From an uncultured bacterium (GTDB lineage Bacteria; Planctomycetota; Phycisphaerae; Phycisphaerales; SM1A02): 64,000 nucleotides of DNA. The notes below the pieces were generated by a model, which saw only the letters and a list, made by a program, of their open reading frames with translations, was not told the origin of the DNA and did not search any database. The stretch spans positions 2,386 through 66,385 of the forward strand of contig CAIUGT010000125.1 in assembly GCA_903898755.1 (NCBI GenBank). Direction: 5' to 3'. Every line of letters starts with the position of its first letter. The first letter of the stretch is position 1. Shown piece after piece: positions 1-8,476 of the stretch. The position numbers and the translations under genes are program-made.

Positions 1-2
1 GA

Positions 3-728
3 TTGACTGGCGTTGGTGGCGGTGCGCTCATGACGCCGATTTTATTGTTGTTGTTCGGCATCGCTCCACAAACTGCAATCGCAACCGACCTTTGGTTTGC
101 GGCCATCACCAAAATAGCCGCCATGCAAGTGCACAACCGCGGCGCGGGCGTTGATTGGCAAGTGGTGCGAAGACTGTGGATGGGTAGCTTGCCCGTGGCA
201 ATAGTCGTTGTGGCTCTGGTTGCGTTTGGAACCAGTGTGGGCAATATGCAGTGGCTCACCAAATCCGTTGGCGTGGTTGTGCTCATCACCGTGTTTGGTT
301 TATTGCTCTCACCAAAGTTGCGCTCGCTTGCGCGTGATCGCCGCGTCACGCAACCCGAGCACTTTAAAAAATTTCAACCCGCGTGGACCATTGCCGCGGG
401 CGCGCTGCTGGGTTTACTTGTCGCGCTTACTTCCGTTGGCGCGGGCGCGCTTGGCACCGTGCTTCTGCTTGTGTTGTATCCGCTGCGCATGACCACGCAT
501 AAATTGGTGGCCACCGATATCGCGCACGCCATTCCACTGGCGCTGATCGCGGGCACGGGTTATTTATTCGCCGGCATGGTGGACGGTCGCATGCTGATCA
601 GCCTGCTGTGCGGATCCATTCCCGCGACAATTGTTGCAAGTCTTTTGGCCCGCCGATTCTCATCGCGGTGGTTGCAAGTGTCACTGGCATTTGTATTGTT
701 GGCCGTTGGCATTAAAACGCTCTTGTGA
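3..728 (+). CDS. TauE/SafE (TSUP/DUF81) family membrane exporter, 5' end cut by the window edge
   Basis: The frame is open from base 3. The protein is polytopic and hydrophobic, with family-typical glycine motifs in both halves (TGVGGGALMTPIL near the N-terminus, TSVGAGALGTVLL mid-protein). Confidence 0.7.
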   Translation: MTGVGGGALMTPILLLLFGIAPQTAIATDLWFAAITKIAAMQVHNRGAGVDWQVVRRLWMGSLPVAIVVVALVAFGTSVGNMQWLTKSVGVVVLITVFGLLLSPKLRSLARDRRVTQPEHFKKFQPAWTIAAGALLGLLVALTSVGAGALGTVLLLVLYPLRMTTHKLVATDIAHAIPLALIAGTGYLFAGMVDGRMLISLLCGSIPATIVASLLARRFSSRWLQVSLAFVLLAVGIKTLL

Positions 729-832
729 TCTGGCAAGATGCGTCAGCATTGTTGTTTAGGTTTAGTAGCGGATTTAGAGCTAAAAATGCCCTATTTTACA
801 AATAAAGTCTTATAACAACAAAGTGGCTCGCC

Positions 833-861
833 TTGACTATGACTAAAAATATCTGCAAATT
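833..861 (+). promoter_or_regulatory. Candidate sigma70-type promoter (TTGACT-N17-CAAATT) for the PEP-CTERM gene
   Basis: TTGACT lies at 833-838 and CAAATT at 856-861. A 7-bp inverted repeat, GCAAATT/AATTTGC (855-878), overlaps the -10 element. A pyrimidine-rich leader of about 95 nt follows, ending in a GGAG SD before ATG 963. Confidence 0.25.
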
Positions 862-962
862 CCCAAACTAAAATTTGCGCGCGCTCGGTTTTGGGGCATC
901 CTCTATTTATCTTTCTTTCCCTTACTTCGCTCTGAATCCCTTTTCCTTCAGGAGTTTGAAAA

Positions 963-1691
963 ATGAATTTACGTACAGCATCATGTGTTGCAGCTGTTGC
1001 AGCCATTACATCTGTCCTTCAAGTGAACGCCAACCCTGGCGTGCTTTTCAGTGACGCCATTGGCGACATTGATGCCGGCCTTTCAACAGGCGGCGGAACG
1101 CTTGACCTTGTGTCAATGGAAGTTTCGCACACCGCGACTGACATTCAATTCAAGTTGACCGTGAACGGCAACATCGGCACCACCGATTGGGGCAAGTTCA
1201 TGGTTGGTATTGCCAACAACAAAGGCTATGGCACCAGCACCAGCGATGGTTGGACTCGTCCAATTACCATGAGTGCAAATGGTGGCATGACCAATTGGTT
1301 TGGTTCATGGGTTGATAGCGGCGGCGGTGCTGAAAATCGCAGCAACCAAACATCTTGGGGCCTAACCGGAGCAACCTACATGGGCAACTTTGGCAACTTC
1401 GCCTTTGTGGCGGGTGCGCAAAGCACTATCACCTATGGCGTCTCAATCGCCAGCATTGGCATGTCGATCGGCGACACCTTCAGCTTTGACGCCTACAGCT
1501 CTGGCGGCGGCAGCGGTGACAGCGCCATTGACGCGCTTGCAAACCCAAATGTTGCTGTTGCAAGTTGGGGCCAAGCGTATGACTCTGGCGCTTCGAACAG
1601 TTTTTCATACACACTCACAGCGATTCCTGCTCCAGGCGCCATTGCGCTTGTTGGATTGGCTGGTTTAGTGGCTCGTCGACGCAAGGCTTAA
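963..1691 (+). CDS. PEP-CTERM sorting-domain secreted protein
   Basis: Signal peptide MNLRTASCVAAVAAITSVLQVNA. The mature region is Gly/Ser/Thr-rich. The C-terminal tag IPAPGAIALVGLAGLVARRRKA has the PEP-CTERM architecture: a Pro motif, a hydrophobic helix and an Arg cluster. Confidence 0.75.
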   Translation: MNLRTASCVAAVAAITSVLQVNANPGVLFSDAIGDIDAGLSTGGGTLDLVSMEVSHTATDIQFKLTVNGNIGTTDWGKFMVGIANNKGYGTSTSDGWTRPITMSANGGMTNWFGSWVDSGGGAENRSNQTSWGLTGATYMGNFGNFAFVAGAQSTITYGVSIASIGMSIGDTFSFDAYSSGGGSGDSAIDALANPNVAVASWGQAYDSGASNSFSYTLTAIPAPGAIALVGLAGLVARRRKA

Positions 1692-1723
1692 TTCATTTCG
1701 GTCATTACTTTCATGTGACTTCA

Positions 1724-1765
1724 AACCCCGGTGCGAGCAACCCTCGCATCGGGGTTATTCTTTGG
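1724..1765 (+). terminator. Intrinsic terminator hairpin after the PEP-CTERM gene
   Basis: A 14-bp stem pairs AACCCCGGTGCGAG (1724-1737) with CTCGCATCGGGGTT (1743-1756), with one G-U pair and loop CAACC. It is followed by ATTCTTTGG. Confidence 0.6.
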
Positions 1766-1778
1766 CGACTTGTTTCCC

Positions 1779-3611
1779 ATGAATATTCTTGGCCTATCAG
1801 CATTCTTTCATGACAGCGCCGCCGCCTTGGTGCGTGATGGAGAAATTGTGGCGGCCGCGCAAGAGGAGCGTTTCAGTCGCCGTAAACATGACGAGCGATT
1901 TCCAACGCACGCCGCGCGCTATTGCCTAAGTGAAGCCGGCATTGACGCCAGCCAACTTGACGCGGTGGTGTTCTATGAAAAGCCGCTGCTGAAATTTGAG
2001 CGCATCTTGGAGACATCGCTGGCGTTCGCGCCGCGCGGGTTTGGTTCTTTTCTGCGCAGCATGCCACAGTGGCTGCAAAAAAAACTTCATCTTCCGCGGG
2101 AAATCGACGCGGGCTTGGGCGGCAACTACACCGGTCCCATTGTGTTCACCACGCACCATGAGTCGCATGCCGCAAGCGCGTTCTATCCAAGTCCATTTTC
2201 AAGCGCCACCATTCTTACGCTGGATGGTGTTGGTGAATGGACCACCGCAAGTTGGGGCGTGGGCAACGGCAACACCATCACGCTGCACGAGGAGTTGCGA
2301 TTTCCACACTCGCTTGGTTTGCTCTACAGCGCGTTCACTTTTTATTGCGGCTTTCGCGTGAATAGTGGTGAATACAAATTAATGGGATTGGCGCCGTTTG
2401 GTCAGCCGCGCTACGCCAATATGATTCTTGAAAAAATCATGCGCTTGAATGATGACGGTTCATTCTGGCTTGATCAACGCTATTTTAATTACTGCGCCGG
2501 TTTTACCATGACTAGCCGCGCCTTTCATAATTTGTTTGGCGGTCCGCCGCGCAATCCTGAAAGCCGTCTTACGCAACGCGACATGGATTTGGCGGCCAGT
2601 ATTCAGGCCGTGACCGAGGAAATTGTGCTGCGTATGGCAAGATATGTGCATGCAAAAACCGGCCAGCGCAATTTGTGTTTGGCCGGTGGCGTGGCGCTGA
2701 ATTGCGTGGCCAACGGTCGCGTGCTTCGCGAGGGACCATTTGAAAAGTTGTGGATTCAGCCGGCGGCGGGTGATTCTGGCGGGGCGTTGGGCGCGGCACT
2801 TTTGCATTGGCACGGCGATCAACCTGGACATTTGGGCAACGCGCGTCACGCGCAACCCACGGACTCACAGCGCGGATCCTATTTGGGGCCAGCGCACAGC
2901 GACGCCAACATTTGCGGCGCGCTTGACGCGCTTGGCGCCGTGTATGAAAAACTACACGAGGATGAGTTGGTCCAAGCCATCGCGGCGGATCTTGCGGATG
3001 GAAAAATAGTGGGGCACTTTTTTGGTCGCGCTGAATATGGGCCGCGCGCGCTTGGGCATCGCTCCATTCTGGGTGATCCGCGCGACGCCACAATGCAGCG
3101 GCGCATGAATGTGGCGATTAAGTTTCGTGAATCGTTTCGGCCATTCGCGCCCGCGGTGTTGGCGGAAAAACAAAGCGAGTGGTTTGATTTGCAAGCCGAC
3201 AGTCCATATATGTTGTTGGTCGCGCCCGTGGCCAAGCAACACGTGCTTGCGCCAGAGCCCAACGCGCCAAAGGTTGCTGGCATTGATTCGCTCAAGCAAA
3301 TTCGCAGTGTTGTTCCGGCCATTACCCACGTGGATTTTTCGGCGCGCGTGCAAACCGTGCACGCCCATACATCACCGCGATTTCACGCCATTTTGCAGGC
3401 ATTTGAGCGGCGCACGGGTTGTCCGGTGTTGGTGAACACCAGTTTCAATATTCGCGGCGAACCCATTGTTCACGATCCTGGCGACGCCTATCGCTGTTTC
3501 ATGTTCACCGACATGGATGTGTTGGTGGTGGGCAACCAACTCTTGCGCAAACAAGCGCAACCTTCCATGCCAGGCGCCGAGGCATACAAGCGATCTTTCA
3601 AACCAGATTGA
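1779..3611 (+). CDS. NodU/CmcH-family carbamoyltransferase
   Basis: The N-terminus MNILGLSAFFHDSAAALVRDGEIVAAAQEERFSRRKHD and the C-terminal VLVNTSFNIRGEPIV are typical of this family. I moved the start from GTG 1731 to ATG 1779 because the terminator hairpin occupies 1724-1756. Confidence 0.9.
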   Translation: MNILGLSAFFHDSAAALVRDGEIVAAAQEERFSRRKHDERFPTHAARYCLSEAGIDASQLDAVVFYEKPLLKFERILETSLAFAPRGFGSFLRSMPQWLQKKLHLPREIDAGLGGNYTGPIVFTTHHESHAASAFYPSPFSSATILTLDGVGEWTTASWGVGNGNTITLHEELRFPHSLGLLYSAFTFYCGFRVNSGEYKLMGLAPFGQPRYANMILEKIMRLNDDGSFWLDQRYFNYCAGFTMTSRAFHNLFGGPPRNPESRLTQRDMDLAASIQAVTEEIVLRMARYVHAKTGQRNLCLAGGVALNCVANGRVLREGPFEKLWIQPAAGDSGGALGAALLHWHGDQPGHLGNARHAQPTDSQRGSYLGPAHSDANICGALDALGAVYEKLHEDELVQAIAADLADGKIVGHFFGRAEYGPRALGHRSILGDPRDATMQRRMNVAIKFRESFRPFAPAVLAEKQSEWFDLQADSPYMLLVAPVAKQHVLAPEPNAPKVAGIDSLKQIRSVVPAITHVDFSARVQTVHAHTSPRFHAILQAFERRTGCPVLVNTSFNIRGEPIVHDPGDAYRCFMFTDMDVLVVGNQLLRKQAQPSMPGAEAYKRSFKPD

Positions 3612-3669
3612 TGCATGAACACATGTATGCTTGACCTACTCACGCACCACTTGATGCAGGAACTCACCC

Positions 3670-3825
3670 ATGCGACGACGATCATTTCTTTCTGAACTCT
3701 TCAGCTTCGTGATTTCTCACAAGACCTACTTGTTAATTCCAATTATTGTGGTTCTGCTTTTGGTGGGCGCGTTGATTATTTTGGGCGGAACAAAAGCCGC
3801 GCCATTTATTTACACGTTGTTTTAA
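3670..3825 (+). CDS. Small single-pass membrane protein (51 aa), DUF5989-like
   Basis: Hand translation gives MRRRSFLSELFSFVISHKTYLLIPIIVVLLLVGALIILGGTKAAPFIYTLF, which is below the 60-aa ORF-track cutoff. It has a basic N-terminus and one TM helix. It sits between the carbamoyltransferase and the SxtJ-like gene, as in the conserved cassette I recall. Confidence 0.6.
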   Translation: MRRRSFLSELFSFVISHKTYLLIPIIVVLLLVGALIILGGTKAAPFIYTLF

Positions 3826-3851
3826 GTCTCGCGGTTGGAAGAATTGTTTGA

Positions 3852-4343
3852 ATGATTGCGGTTAGGAATGTCGCCGTTGAAAATGTCGCTGGCTATGGCT
3901 CAACAACTACTCGTGGAGCGCGCAACTTGATTATTGTGAATTGGAAACCCAACTCAAACGAACTTCGCCGCTGGGCCGTTATGACCAGCGTTGCGTTGGC
4001 TTGCGTTGGCTCGTTATTTTATTTTGTGAATTGGGGAGTGTTCGCCAAAGCGCATGGTTTAGCGCCTATTTTGTGGGGCTTTGGCGCCTTCGCGTTGTTG
4101 ACCGCGGGCACGGGCACTCGCATTGGTCTGCCCGCCTATTGGATGTGGATGACATTTGTGTGGATCATGGGCACGCTGATTGGCACGGTAGCTTTGGCGA
4201 TTGTTTTTTTCCTAGTGGTCACGCCGCTCGGCCTTCTATCGCGCGTCATGGGCCGCGATAAGTTGCTTGTTCGCAACAGCGCCGCGCCATCTATGTGGAA
4301 GCCGTTGCCAAGCAAGCCGCACGATCCCTTGCGCCAGTTTTAA
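3852..4343 (+). CDS. SxtJ-like small membrane protein
   Basis: It has several TM helices (VALACVGSLFYFV, LAPILWGFGAFALL, WMWMTFVWIMGTLIGTVALAIVFFLVV) and a GGAAG SD before ATG 3852. The assignment rests on position in the cassette and general resemblance. The start is uncertain. Confidence 0.55.
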   Translation: MIAVRNVAVENVAGYGSTTTRGARNLIIVNWKPNSNELRRWAVMTSVALACVGSLFYFVNWGVFAKAHGLAPILWGFGAFALLTAGTGTRIGLPAYWMWMTFVWIMGTLIGTVALAIVFFLVVTPLGLLSRVMGRDKLLVRNSAAPSMWKPLPSKPHDPLRQF

Positions 4344-4383
4344 TTTCGTTGCAGCATGTCTATTCATTACGAGCACGCCAATC

Positions 4384-6627
4384 ATGACGTCAACCACAAC
4401 ATCAACTACAACGCCAACAATTACTCCCGCTAGGCGCCGAGTATTTATTCTGATCACCATCGCGCTTCCATTTATTGCGCTGGCGGTGGTTGAAATTGCG
4501 CTGCGACTCTTTGGCTTTGGCGGCTATCCGCCATTTATTCGCTCGGTGGGCACGCTGCCCCAGGGCGAGCAATTGTGCATCGTTGAACCCGCGGCCAGCA
4601 AGCCTTATTTCTTTGCCAATCCAACGCGGCCCGGCTACGCGGAGCAAAGCAGTTTTATAATGCCCAAGCCCAAGGACACGCTGCGCATTTTTCTAATTGG
4701 CGAAAGTGCGGCCAAGGGATATCCGCAGCCGCGCAATTTGGCCATGAGTGAATTTCTGCAGACCATGCTGGGTGATGTTCTGCCGCAAAAGCGCGTGGAG
4801 GTGATCAACCTTGGCACAACGGCCGTGGCCAGCTTTCCATTGGTGTATCAAGTGCAAGACGCGCTGCGCTATCAGCCGGATTGGTTGGTGTTTTATGTTG
4901 GCAACAATGAATTTTTTGGCGCCTACGGAACGGCATCTATCAATGCGGCGGGAACAATGCCGCTGTGGGCGTTGAAACTTATGCGTGCGGCGCGCGGCTT
5001 GGCGTTGGTACAGGCTGTAGAGAGTGTTGTGCGCGCGGGTGCTGACGAAAACAGAACGTTGATGGAGCAAATGATCGGGCAAACTTTTATCGCGTGTGAC
5101 TCGCCGTTGCGTGAGGCCGCCGCCCGAAACTTGCAGGCGAATTTAGGCGACATGTTGGACCAGGTGAAGGCGGCGGGCGTGGCGGCGTTGGTGTGCACCA
5201 CCGCAAGCAATGAATCTGGTTTAGCGCCGCTGGGTCAAGACGATGTGTCCAATCTTTCCGGCGCGTCGCAACAAGAATTCAATGAACTGCTTCGGCAGGC
5301 TGCTGCAGGCTGCTGCATGCAATCGGCGCAAGTGGTGGAATTGCTTGGCAAAGCCGCGCTTCTTGCGCCACGCAGCGCGTTGACACAATTCATGTTGGCC
5401 AACGCGCAAGCCAACGCCGGTGATCTTGTGGCGGCGCGCAAGGCATTTTTGTTGGCGCGTGATTTGGACACCATGCCGTGGCGGCCCATCTCCGTAACGG
5501 AGCAGGCCATCCGTGACACCGCCGTGGCGCACGGTGTGTTGCTGTGTGATATTGCATTCAAGTTTCGCAACATGAGCGCGCGTGGCGCAACAGATTGGGA
5601 ATTACTTGATGACCACGTACATCCATCGTTACAGGGACAAGTACAAGCCGCGCGCGCCATGGCGCAAGATGTTGCGCTGGCTATCGCCCACACGAATGGG
5701 TTGGCAAATACAGCAGCAAATGCAACTACAAACGCAACTGCAAACGCAACGGCTCCCACGCCAATCCCTGCGCAGTCTGGTGCCTCCATCACATCGCTGA
5801 ATGATCCTTCCAATTGGAACACATACGCGCAGCGCCTTGGCAGCAATCCATTTGACACCTACCGCGTCAATCACACGCTTCGCACGTTGTTTGGCATTGG
5901 CTTTATGAAAAATAATAATAAGCAAGCCTTTGATCGATATGAAAGCGCGTGCAAAAACTTCGAGTCCACATTGTCGCCCAGCATGCTGGAAGCGGCGCGC
6001 GAATGGCAAACCAGCAAGCCCCATGCGGGCGGAATGCGGCCATTGACTGGCATGGAAGCGCGTGTGTTGTTACGCGAGAATAAAACTGAGCAGGCACTTG
6101 CGCTCTATCAAATTGCGCAGACGCAAGTTCCCAATTACACATCGTGGAAGTTGGAATACATTTATTTCACCTTGGCGTGTCAGGAACGTTTGGCGCAGCA
6201 GCAATTCAAGGACTCCACCGCGCTTGTAAATGCGCAGGGGGCTTCCGCAGCCGCGCCTCCAAGCACGCAGACCAATATCAACTCCGCGCCCGTAAACTTT
6301 CTTACAGAATCCCAATTGCAGCAAGCCGCTGATGGAATTGCCGAGGGCAACTTTTTATTGCGCCAAGGTTTTTCCGAATCTGGCTTCACCGAGCGCTATG
6401 TTGGACGTCTTCACCAACTTCGTGGAGAGTGGTCGCAGGCCATTTCATATTTACTTGCGGCGCGACCGCGCATGGCCGCGGAGGACTTGGTGGCCTGCGA
6501 TCAAGCGTTATTTATGTCGTATATAAAAACTGGCAACACCTCCGCCGCACGGCAGCTGGTCAATGAAGGCATAGAAAAAAGCGGTCGATTTGCGCCCGTA
6601 TATCAACAATTGCGCAGCCAACAATGA
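4384..6627 (+). CDS. Membrane-anchored SGNH/GDSL-type hydrolase with a C-terminal TPR-like helical region
   Basis: An N-terminal TM helix (VFILITIALPFIALAVVEIAL) is followed by the SGNH blocks FLIGESAA (I), INLGTTA (II), YVGNNEF (III) and DDHVHPS (V). A helical repeat-like C-terminus follows. The start is set at ATG 4384, because the ORF-track start at 4267 overlaps the SxtJ-like gene. Confidence 0.65.
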   Translation: MTSTTTSTTTPTITPARRRVFILITIALPFIALAVVEIALRLFGFGGYPPFIRSVGTLPQGEQLCIVEPAASKPYFFANPTRPGYAEQSSFIMPKPKDTLRIFLIGESAAKGYPQPRNLAMSEFLQTMLGDVLPQKRVEVINLGTTAVASFPLVYQVQDALRYQPDWLVFYVGNNEFFGAYGTASINAAGTMPLWALKLMRAARGLALVQAVESVVRAGADENRTLMEQMIGQTFIACDSPLREAAARNLQANLGDMLDQVKAAGVAALVCTTASNESGLAPLGQDDVSNLSGASQQEFNELLRQAAAGCCMQSAQVVELLGKAALLAPRSALTQFMLANAQANAGDLVAARKAFLLARDLDTMPWRPISVTEQAIRDTAVAHGVLLCDIAFKFRNMSARGATDWELLDDHVHPSLQGQVQAARAMAQDVALAIAHTNGLANTAANATTNATANATAPTPIPAQSGASITSLNDPSNWNTYAQRLGSNPFDTYRVNHTLRTLFGIGFMKNNNKQAFDRYESACKNFESTLSPSMLEAAREWQTSKPHAGGMRPLTGMEARVLLRENKTEQALALYQIAQTQVPNYTSWKLEYIYFTLACQERLAQQQFKDSTALVNAQGASAAAPPSTQTNINSAPVNFLTESQLQQAADGIAEGNFLLRQGFSESGFTERYVGRLHQLRGEWSQAISYLLAARPRMAAEDLVACDQALFMSYIKTGNTSAARQLVNEGIEKSGRFAPVYQQLRSQQ

Positions 6628-6677
6628 ATTCAATGTCAATTCATGCGATTTCATGACCGAACATCATGGGTGACGGC

Positions 6678-6702
6678 GTTTCCAAGGCGAAACTAGTTTT
6701 TT
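6678..6702 (+). terminator. Weak hairpin plus T-run after the SGNH gene
   Basis: GTTTC (6678-6682) pairs with GAAAC (6689-6693) around a 6-nt loop, followed by TTTTTT (6697-6702). The stem is short. Confidence 0.3.
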
Positions 6703-6755
6703 AAAATTAAGGAACGCAATCAGGAAGGTGCGAAATTGAGTTGGCAATAATAGAT

Positions 6756-6783
6756 GAATAAAGTATCCTTTATTCTTAATTAA
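6756..6783. promoter_or_regulatory. Inverted repeat upstream of the porin gene (candidate operator)
   Basis: GAATAAAG-TATC-CTTTATTC (6756-6775) is a perfect 8-bp inverted repeat. It is followed directly by the palindrome TTAATTAA (6776-6783), about 40-70 nt upstream of ATG 6824. Confidence 0.25.
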
Positions 6784-6823
6784 TCTATTTTTCAGAAAAC
6801 TTATTTTCGTAGGAGTCAGAAGA

Positions 6824-8455
6824 ATGTTTCAAATCACATTGTCGGGGTTCCTCTCGGCCTTTGTAATTTCCGCTGCGCCGTTCGGTGGAGTCGTCCCTGG
6901 CTCCATACATGAAGATGCAACGACAGCGGCCTTGCGGGCTGAACTTGATCTTCTGCACAAATCACTTGAGCAAGTTCAAGTTGAAAACCAAGCGAACAAA
7001 CAAGCGTTGACAATCAACAATCAAGAACTTTCTGAACTCAAATCACAGAATGGCGACAAGTGGCTCACCCAAGAGCGTGCAAATCAAATCCGCGGAGTTG
7101 TGCAGGATGTCATGAGCGACGCTCAATCGCGCGCAAGTTTACAGACCGCAGGCGCGACATCTGGTTACGACAAGGGATTTTTTATTGCAAGTCCAGATGG
7201 CAATTTCAAACTTATGATTGGTGGACAAATGCAAGTGCGTTACGCGCTCAGTCGTTTAAGCAGCAGAAGTTTGAACGATTGGAATGCTCCCAGCACTGGC
7301 AAAAATATCCAAATTGAACGCGCCGCGTATGGATTTGAGTTGCGGCGCATGAAGGTTGAATTTTCAGGACACGTGATTGATCCAAGTTGGACTTTCAAGG
7401 TGACCACGGTGTATGTCAATCAGACCGCGACTCAAAATTCGGCGGGTGTTGGTGGCATTACACCGATCGCAGGGCTTGAGGAAACATGGATCAACAAGGA
7501 TCTTGGTGGCGGACTTGGTGTGCGTGTTGGACAGTTTAAAAGCCCATTTAATCGGGAAGAATTGGTCACTTCACGTCATCAATTATGTGTTGAACGGTCG
7601 CTCGTGAACATGCTGTTCACAACAAAGTTAACCCAGGGCATCATGCTTACGGCCCGGGGTGAAAATTTTTCTGCTGCATTCTCATTCAATGATGGCGGCA
7701 ACGACGGCAACACGTCGACTGTTGATGGAAACACAAACATATCGTATGGGTACACGCAATATGCAATGACCGGACGCGCTCAATATCTTGCGTTTGGAAA
7801 TTGGAAACAGTTTGACACGCTCACGAGCGCGCGCGGCGATGCACAAGGCTTGTTATTTGGCAGCGCGTTCAATTGGCAACGCGGTGGCGTATCAAATAAC
7901 ACAACGCCAACCAATGGCAACGGGGATGTCGCCATGTTTTCTTGGACCGCCGATGCAAATTGGATGTTGAGTGGTGCGAATATTTTTGGCGCGATCTACG
8001 GCAACACCGCAACCAGCGCGGCAGATGGCGGCATTCCACTGACAAACGTTGGCAGTTCAGTATTTACATATGGTTCCACGTTGCAGGCTGGTTACTACGT
8101 AAGCGATGATGTTGAAATGTTTGGGCGTTTCGAGTGGTACGACACTTTGAGCAACGGTTCAAATGGACAGGCGTATGTTGCCCCTGGCGCCGTTGTGCCT
8201 GCAGTCGGCATTGCTTCTATTCCCTCCAATCCGTTTTTTGCTCAGCACAACACCATCTATACGACAGGTTTGAATTGGTATCTCGGTGGAAAATCTCTCA
8301 AGGTGACAACTGATTGCGGATATTCGGTGAATGGCGTGATGTTCACGAATGGGTTCTATGGTCAGGCCATATCAAACGCAAATTATCGCCAAGATTCTGG
8401 CGTCAATAACGGCGGGCAGTGGGTTTTTCGCTGTCAGTTGCAGTTGCTTTTTTAA
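6824..8455 (+). CDS. Outer-membrane porin, phosphate-selective porin O/P-like
   Basis: A signal-like N-terminus is followed by a coiled-coil segment (LRAELDLLHKSLEQVQVENQ). The entry into the barrel, GFFIASPDGNFKLMIGGQMQVRYA, is typical of OprO/P-type barrels. The body has alternating beta-strand character, and the protein ends in an aromatic residue (LQLLF). Confidence 0.6.
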   Translation: MFQITLSGFLSAFVISAAPFGGVVPGSIHEDATTAALRAELDLLHKSLEQVQVENQANKQALTINNQELSELKSQNGDKWLTQERANQIRGVVQDVMSDAQSRASLQTAGATSGYDKGFFIASPDGNFKLMIGGQMQVRYALSRLSSRSLNDWNAPSTGKNIQIERAAYGFELRRMKVEFSGHVIDPSWTFKVTTVYVNQTATQNSAGVGGITPIAGLEETWINKDLGGGLGVRVGQFKSPFNREELVTSRHQLCVERSLVNMLFTTKLTQGIMLTARGENFSAAFSFNDGGNDGNTSTVDGNTNISYGYTQYAMTGRAQYLAFGNWKQFDTLTSARGDAQGLLFGSAFNWQRGGVSNNTTPTNGNGDVAMFSWTADANWMLSGANIFGAIYGNTATSAADGGIPLTNVGSSVFTYGSTLQAGYYVSDDVEMFGRFEWYDTLSNGSNGQAYVAPGAVVPAVGIASIPSNPFFAQHNTIYTTGLNWYLGGKSLKVTTDCGYSVNGVMFTNGFYGQAISNANYRQDSGVNNGGQWVFRCQLQLLF

Positions 8456-8476
8456 GGCATAGAAAGGTGTTTCATT

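Noticed and set aside
1731-1778. GTG-initiated N-terminal extension of the carbamoyltransferase
   Set aside because: The GTG sits inside the 5' arm of the terminator hairpin. The family's conserved N-terminus starts at ATG 1779.
2460-3368. Several 130-175-aa minus-strand ORFs inside the carbamoyltransferase gene
   Set aside because: These are shadow ORFs opposite a strongly supported coding frame. Their products are Arg/Pro/Ala-rich.
4267-4383. Upstream start of the SGNH protein
   Set aside because: It overlaps the 3' end of the SxtJ-like gene. ATG 4384 gives a short Thr-rich N-terminus followed by a basic stretch and a TM helix.
5701-5760. Short tandem repeats as a possible CRISPR or minisatellite
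   Set aside because: There are only three 12-nt units, they lie in frame within a coding region, and there are no spacers. This is a low-complexity linker.
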